Part shown: piece by piece, positions 59,728-64,000 of the stretch
Layout of the letters: the number at the start of each line of letters is the position of its first letter
Position numbering within the stretch: the first letter of the stretch is position 1
Source of the DNA: Candidatus Poribacteria bacterium
Lineage (GTDB): Bacteria > Poribacteria > WGA-4E > WGA-3G
Direction of reading: 5' to 3'
DNA length: 64,000 nucleotides
Assembly: GCA_965205025.1 (NCBI GenBank)
Contig: CBDBFU010000012.1
Coordinates: forward strand, 96,001 to 160,000
Notes under the pieces: model-generated
Database searches by the model: none
Told to the model about the DNA's origin: nothing
Seen by the model: the letters and a program-made list of their open reading frames with translations, nothing else
Program-made: the position numbers and the translations under genes

Positions 59728-61355
59728 CAAAATATATCTTTGTAACAGGTGGTGTGATCTCAGGTATTGGAAAGGGAATTACAACGGCTTCACTCGGAAG
59801 ATTACTAATAAATCGCGGTTTTAAAGTTAATGTCGTCAAAATTGATCCGTATCTTAATGTTGATGCTGGGGTAATGAATCCTTTTCAACACGGTGAAGTT
59901 TTTGTTACACATGATGGCGCGGAAACGGATTTAGATGTCGGAAATTATGAGCGATTCTTAGGCGTTGACCTAAATCAACAATCTAATTTCACTACGGGTT
60001 CAGTATATAATGAAGTAATTCAAAAAGAACGAAGAGGGGATTACCTCGGGCAAACCGTTCAATTAATACCTCATATTACGGATGAAATCAAAAAACGAAT
60101 ATATCAAATTGGTAAAGATAATCACGTCGATATCGTTATTACTGAAATCGGTGGTACCATAGGTGATTTTGAGATGCCTCCCTTTGTTGAAGCAATTAGA
60201 CAAATTGCTATGGAAGTGGGAAGAGAGAATACACTCTTCTTACACGTCTCATTGATATACACATTACCAAATGGTGAAAGTAAGAGTAAACCCACGCAAC
60301 ATAGCATCAGAAAACTTCAGGAATTTGGTATACAACCAGATCTATTATTGTGCCGTACCAGTCAACATCTTGAAGATAGTATCAGACGAAAAATATCGCT
60401 ACTATGTGGAATTAGTGAAGATTTTATCATAGAAGGATTAGATACGAACTGTGTCGATGAAATACCTCTGAATTTTGAGGAACAAGGTATGGGACATCTT
60501 GTAGCAAAGAAATTGGGTCTTGAAAGACGCGCAACATTAGATGCCGAATGGATTGCGATGGTAGAAAAATTAAAAAATCCTAAACACCACACTACCATCG
60601 CTATAGTTGGGAAATATACTACAGGGAGTGATGCTTATATTAGTGTTCAAGAAGCAATTAAACATGGGGGTATAGCAAACGAAGCTTCAGTTAATATCGA
60701 ATGGTTTGAAGCAGAAGCAGTAACAGAACTGTCCAATCTTGAAAAGTTGTTTGAAAATATAGATGGTATTTTAGTGCCAGGGGGATTTGGGGATCGCGGT
60801 ATTGAAGGCATGTTAACTACTGTCAAATATGCTCGTGAGAATCATATCCCTTACTTCGGATTATGTCTTGGTATGCAATGCCTCGTAATTGAATATGCAC
60901 GAAATGTAGCAAACTTAGAAGATGCTAATAGCACAGAAGTTGATGAAAATACACAATATCCTGTAATTGATTTGATGTTAGACCAACGTTCAATAGCAGA
61001 CTTGGGGGCAACCATGAGACTTGGACACTATCCTTGTGTACTTAAGGAAAATACGAAAAGTTACAATGCTTATCAACAACCTATAATTATTGAACGACAT
61101 CGACATAGATATGAATTGAATAACGACTTTCGTACTGAATTAGAAAACGCAGGTCTCTGTTTTAGTGGTGTTTCCCCAGATGAAAGTCTTGTCGAAATCG
61201 CTGAAGTGTCAGACCATCCGTGGATGGTTGGTTCTCAATTTCATCCTGAATTCCAGTCAAAACCTCTTGCCCCACACCCTTTATTCAGAGAATTCATTTC
61301 TGCAGTATTAAATCACCAGCAAGAGAGAATTAACACAGGAGATGATGATGAATAA
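59724..61355 (+). CDS. pyrG: CTP synthase
   Basis: TKYIFVTGGV.S..GKG, KIDPYLNVD.G.M.P.QHGEVFV, GLCLGMQ, ERHRHRYE, QFHPEF. Confidence 0.98.
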   Translation: MTKYIFVTGGVISGIGKGITTASLGRLLINRGFKVNVVKIDPYLNVDAGVMNPFQHGEVFVTHDGAETDLDVGNYERFLGVDLNQQSNFTTGSVYNEVIQKERRGDYLGQTVQLIPHITDEIKKRIYQIGKDNHVDIVITEIGGTIGDFEMPPFVEAIRQIAMEVGRENTLFLHVSLIYTLPNGESKSKPTQHSIRKLQEFGIQPDLLLCRTSQHLEDSIRRKISLLCGISEDFIIEGLDTNCVDEIPLNFEEQGMGHLVAKKLGLERRATLDAEWIAMVEKLKNPKHHTTIAIVGKYTTGSDAYISVQEAIKHGGIANEASVNIEWFEAEAVTELSNLEKLFENIDGILVPGGFGDRGIEGMLTTVKYARENHIPYFGLCLGMQCLVIEYARNVANLEDANSTEVDENTQYPVIDLMLDQRSIADLGATMRLGHYPCVLKENTKSYNAYQQPIIIERHRHRYELNNDFRTELENAGLCFSGVSPDESLVEIAEVSDHPWMVGSQFHPEFQSKPLAPHPLFREFISAVLNHQQERINTGDDDE

Positions 61356-62604
61356 TACTGCAACAGTATATACTGGTGCATGGTATGGAGATAACGAACT
61401 CCCACTCAACTTCCCTGATGGTTGGGAGGTCGAGATGCTTCATCAAAATGATGCTCCAGCACTTTCTGACGCTGAAATTGAAAAAGCATTTGCCGAACCA
61501 ATTGGAACAAAACGTATATCTGAAATAGCAAAAAATAAAAAAAGTGCTGCTATCATCGTAGATGACCTTAGTCGACCAACCCCTGCATATAAGGTTATAC
61601 CATTCTTACTTAAGGAGCTTTTTGCTGCAGGTGTACCAAAATCTGAGATTCGGTTCGTAGTCGGGGTAGGTGGACATCGTCCTATCTCAGAAGAAGAAAT
61701 GATTAAAAAAGTTGGGGCAGACATCTTCTCTGAATACGAAGTTACAAATCATGATTTTCTCAGTGGAGATCTTAGAGCGATAGGGAAACTTGATAACGGA
61801 ACGCCTGTATATATCAATCGAACAGTAGCAGATTCAGATTTCAAAATTTGCTTGGGCGGAATATATCCTCACAGTTCTGTCGGATTTAGCGGTGGAGCGA
61901 AACTAATTGTTCCCGGTACTGCTGGTTTTTCAACAATGTACTATTTCCATAAATTCCCACCGGGCAGGGGACCAGCAAATATTGAAGGAGACAGTGACGA
62001 ACCTGATCGAAGAGATACCATTGAAATGGCAGCTGGACTCCTGGGACTTAATGCAATAGCCAATGTCGTGCTAAATAGTCGCCGTGAAATCGCTGGTCTT
62101 TTTGTTGGTGATTTTGTAAAAGCACATCGTAAAGGTGCACATTTTGCTTTGAATACCTATACAACTGAAATTTCAGAAACGACTCGGACGCAAAGCGATC
62201 TTGTAGTAATAAATTGCTATCCTTTAGATGCAGATGGAATACAACTCGATAAAGCTTTAGCAGCATTTTCCTATTTTGAAAATGCATATACAATTGCACT
62301 ATATCCTGCTTCTGATGGATCATGTTTTCACGGATTATTTGATAGACTTGATTATCCGCGGTATCTCCAGCAGAAATTAGAACACATACCCTCTGCCCCT
62401 TCACCACCACCAAAACTTGGCACAAGAAATCAACTACATGTTTGGTCTGAAAGTTTTGATAGAGATGATTTCTACAAGGAATATCCATCCTCACTTCTTT
62501 TCCGAGACATAGATCAACTCATAGACCTATTCGCTGAAGAACTACCAGCGCAAGCAAAAGTATCAATATTACCAGTGGCAGGAATTCAGGTATTATCACC
62601 CTAA
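61342..62604 (+). CDS. LarA-like (lactate racemase family) protein
   Basis: PIG..RI, IIVDD.SRPTP, G.HRP, NHD, PH...GFSGG.K...PG. Confidence 0.85.
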   Translation: MMMNNTATVYTGAWYGDNELPLNFPDGWEVEMLHQNDAPALSDAEIEKAFAEPIGTKRISEIAKNKKSAAIIVDDLSRPTPAYKVIPFLLKELFAAGVPKSEIRFVVGVGGHRPISEEEMIKKVGADIFSEYEVTNHDFLSGDLRAIGKLDNGTPVYINRTVADSDFKICLGGIYPHSSVGFSGGAKLIVPGTAGFSTMYYFHKFPPGRGPANIEGDSDEPDRRDTIEMAAGLLGLNAIANVVLNSRREIAGLFVGDFVKAHRKGAHFALNTYTTEISETTRTQSDLVVINCYPLDADGIQLDKALAAFSYFENAYTIALYPASDGSCFHGLFDRLDYPRYLQQKLEHIPSAPSPPPKLGTRNQLHVWSESFDRDDFYKEYPSSLLFRDIDQLIDLFAEELPAQAKVSILPVAGIQVLSP

Positions 62605-62614
62605 TCCCGCCCTT

Positions 62615-62820
62615 GGTAGGTTCGGTTTCATGAGGATTAAGTTTTAAATTCGGCAATTCTCATTATTCCAAACCCTGTAGGTTCGGTTTCCTAACCGAAC
62701 CATAGGTGTCAATTTAATCATTAGGCTCTTCTGTAGGCGGGGAATGCCCGGGGAATGCCTAAATGGCATTCATACCGTTGATTTATGGCATTCATACCCG
62801 ACGAATGCCCGGGGAATGAC
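62615..62820. repeat. Cluster of REP/MITE remnants beside the IS end
   Basis: GTAGGTTCGGTTTC twice, a TGAGGATTAA end motif at 62631, and the hairpin GTTCGGTT-tcct-AACCGAAC. GAATGCCCGGGGAATG and ATGGCATTCATACC each occur twice. Confidence 0.7.
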
Positions 62821-62822
62821 TA

Positions 62823-64000
62823 ATGAAGATTAATTTTTTAATTCGGTAATAATCCGATCTGGCGTAGCAGCATCTGTGATCCTCCTATGAACTGCGACAT
62901 AAAACTAATCACCTTGTCTTTCACGATTTCCCAATCATCGCAATGACGATGGTTATGTAAAACCGATTGACGCACCCATCGCCATAACTTTTCAATCGGG
63001 TTCGTCCACGGCGCATAAGTCGGTAGTTGTATTATCTCAATCGGAAGTTTTTGTAGTGTTCCGATTTTCTCTGAGGGTTTACCTGTCCAATTCGGTGGCT
63101 TCGGTTTCACAAACGATGCTGTTTGCGGGAGAAGTGCTTCCAATAAGTTAGCTTGAAAGTGGGTTGACCAATTGTCTTGTATCAAATATATCCGTTGCTT
63201 GTTTGCGTAGCGTTGGCAAATCTCGGTGTAAAAAGAATGAAGTGCTTCAGCAGTGCAGCGTGAAACTTGCTGGTAAACAACATCTCCAGTATGTGGGTTC
63301 AGAGCCCCGATCCCATAGCACGTTTGGTTGTGTCTGTAGCTCTGACGGGCTAAAGGTGTTTTCGTGCCTGTTTGTGCCCAGTCTTTTGCTATGGTAGGGT
63401 TGCGATAAAACGAGAACTCATCTTGGTAAAGCGCAACACAGGTCTGTGGATGTTGACGGGTCTCTTCCAAAACTTGCTGGACCCTGTCTATTTTTTGGGC
63501 ATAGTCTGTATCCGGACTATGTATGTATAAGCGAGCGCGTTTATAGCTGAGACCGAGTCGACTAAGGATTTTGTGAATACCCGGCACAGACACATCACTG
63601 AGCCAAGGGACGATGTTTCCAAGGGATCGGAGTGTCCATCGTGTTTGATGCGGATTATGTTGTTCAGGTCCCTGTGCGATAGTATTATAGACCTCCGCCT
63701 CTGCTTCTTCGGGGGATTTAGGGGAATAAGCAGGTTTGCGACCACGACCGGGTGTATAGAATAAACCTTGAATACCGTTTTCATTGTATCGGTGAAGCCA
63801 CGAATAGACCGTATCAGGATCGCGTTCTTTCAAGAGCATTTTTCGGGCGACTTTGTGAGGGGAAAACCCCTCGCTTATTTTCAAAAGGGCAGCAGCGCGT
63901 TCTCGTAGATAAGCCGGTTCGCCTTTATCACGGAGTTCAACGAGTTTTTGTCGTTCAGTTTCACTGAGTTCAAGTTTATGATGTTTTGCCATGAATAAAT
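62823..64000 (-). mobile_element. IS630-family insertion sequence (other end beyond the window)
   Basis: Transposase ORF plus the end motif TACCGAATTAAAAAAATTAATCTTCA shared with the MITEs. Higher GC than the flanks. Confidence 0.85.
62838..63992 (-). CDS. IS630-family transposase
   Basis: HTH region (TVYSWL.RY...G..GL...PGRGR), RWTL, GLSYKR, and DDE triad YQDE / IQDN / LP.YAPW.NPIEKLW. Confidence 0.93.
   Translation of the reverse strand: MAKHHKLELSETERQKLVELRDKGEPAYLRERAAALLKISEGFSPHKVARKMLLKERDPDTVYSWLHRYNENGIQGLFYTPGRGRKPAYSPKSPEEAEAEVYNTIAQGPEQHNPHQTRWTLRSLGNIVPWLSDVSVPGIHKILSRLGLSYKRARLYIHSPDTDYAQKIDRVQQVLEETRQHPQTCVALYQDEFSFYRNPTIAKDWAQTGTKTPLARQSYRHNQTCYGIGALNPHTGDVVYQQVSRCTAEALHSFYTEICQRYANKQRIYLIQDNWSTHFQANLLEALLPQTASFVKPKPPNWTGKPSEKIGTLQKLPIEIIQLPTYAPWTNPIEKLWRWVRQSVLHNHRHCDDWEIVKDKVISFMSQFIGGSQMLLRQIGLLPN

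Noticed and set aside
478-63967. Numerous 60-150 aa ORFs overlapping longer genes on the opposite strand or in another frame
   Set aside because: Shadow ORFs of well-supported CDSs, with no independent motifs.

Overview
AT-rich bacterial window, most likely Candidatus Poribacteria or a relative. This is inferred from the many sulfatases and PhyH dioxygenases, TPR/WD40/LamG proteins and a shared C-terminal 'TxTWGx(I/L)K' motif on secreted proteins. It carries housekeeping and catabolic genes (alaC-like, nfi, mazG, cimA, dacB, sod, ubiX/ubiA-like, uxuA-like, kdsB, pyrG, GH32, GH95, three sulfatases). Accessory elements include a MazF module with an odd chimeric antitoxin, an ABC-type ATPase with a nuclease-like partner, an orphan MTase, an IS630 element, and REP/MITE repeats. 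The standout is a ~13.4 kb operon-like array (39.9-53.3 kb). It has a consensus sigma70 promoter, a GrpE-like gene and a lid-less Hsp70 paralog. Eight tandem paralogs follow, sharing an N-terminal J-domain-like module whose HPD loop is replaced by GG(R/L)xRxDGR. One is fused to a WD40 propeller and seven to non-catalytic FGE/C-type-lectin-fold domains with hypervariable binding loops. It looks like a dedicated Hsp70 machine with a diversified receptor repertoire. Four genes show single-base frameshifts in or near short homopolymers, which may be assembly errors. No rRNA, tRNA or CRISPR array was recognised. All family assignments are by eye, without database searches.
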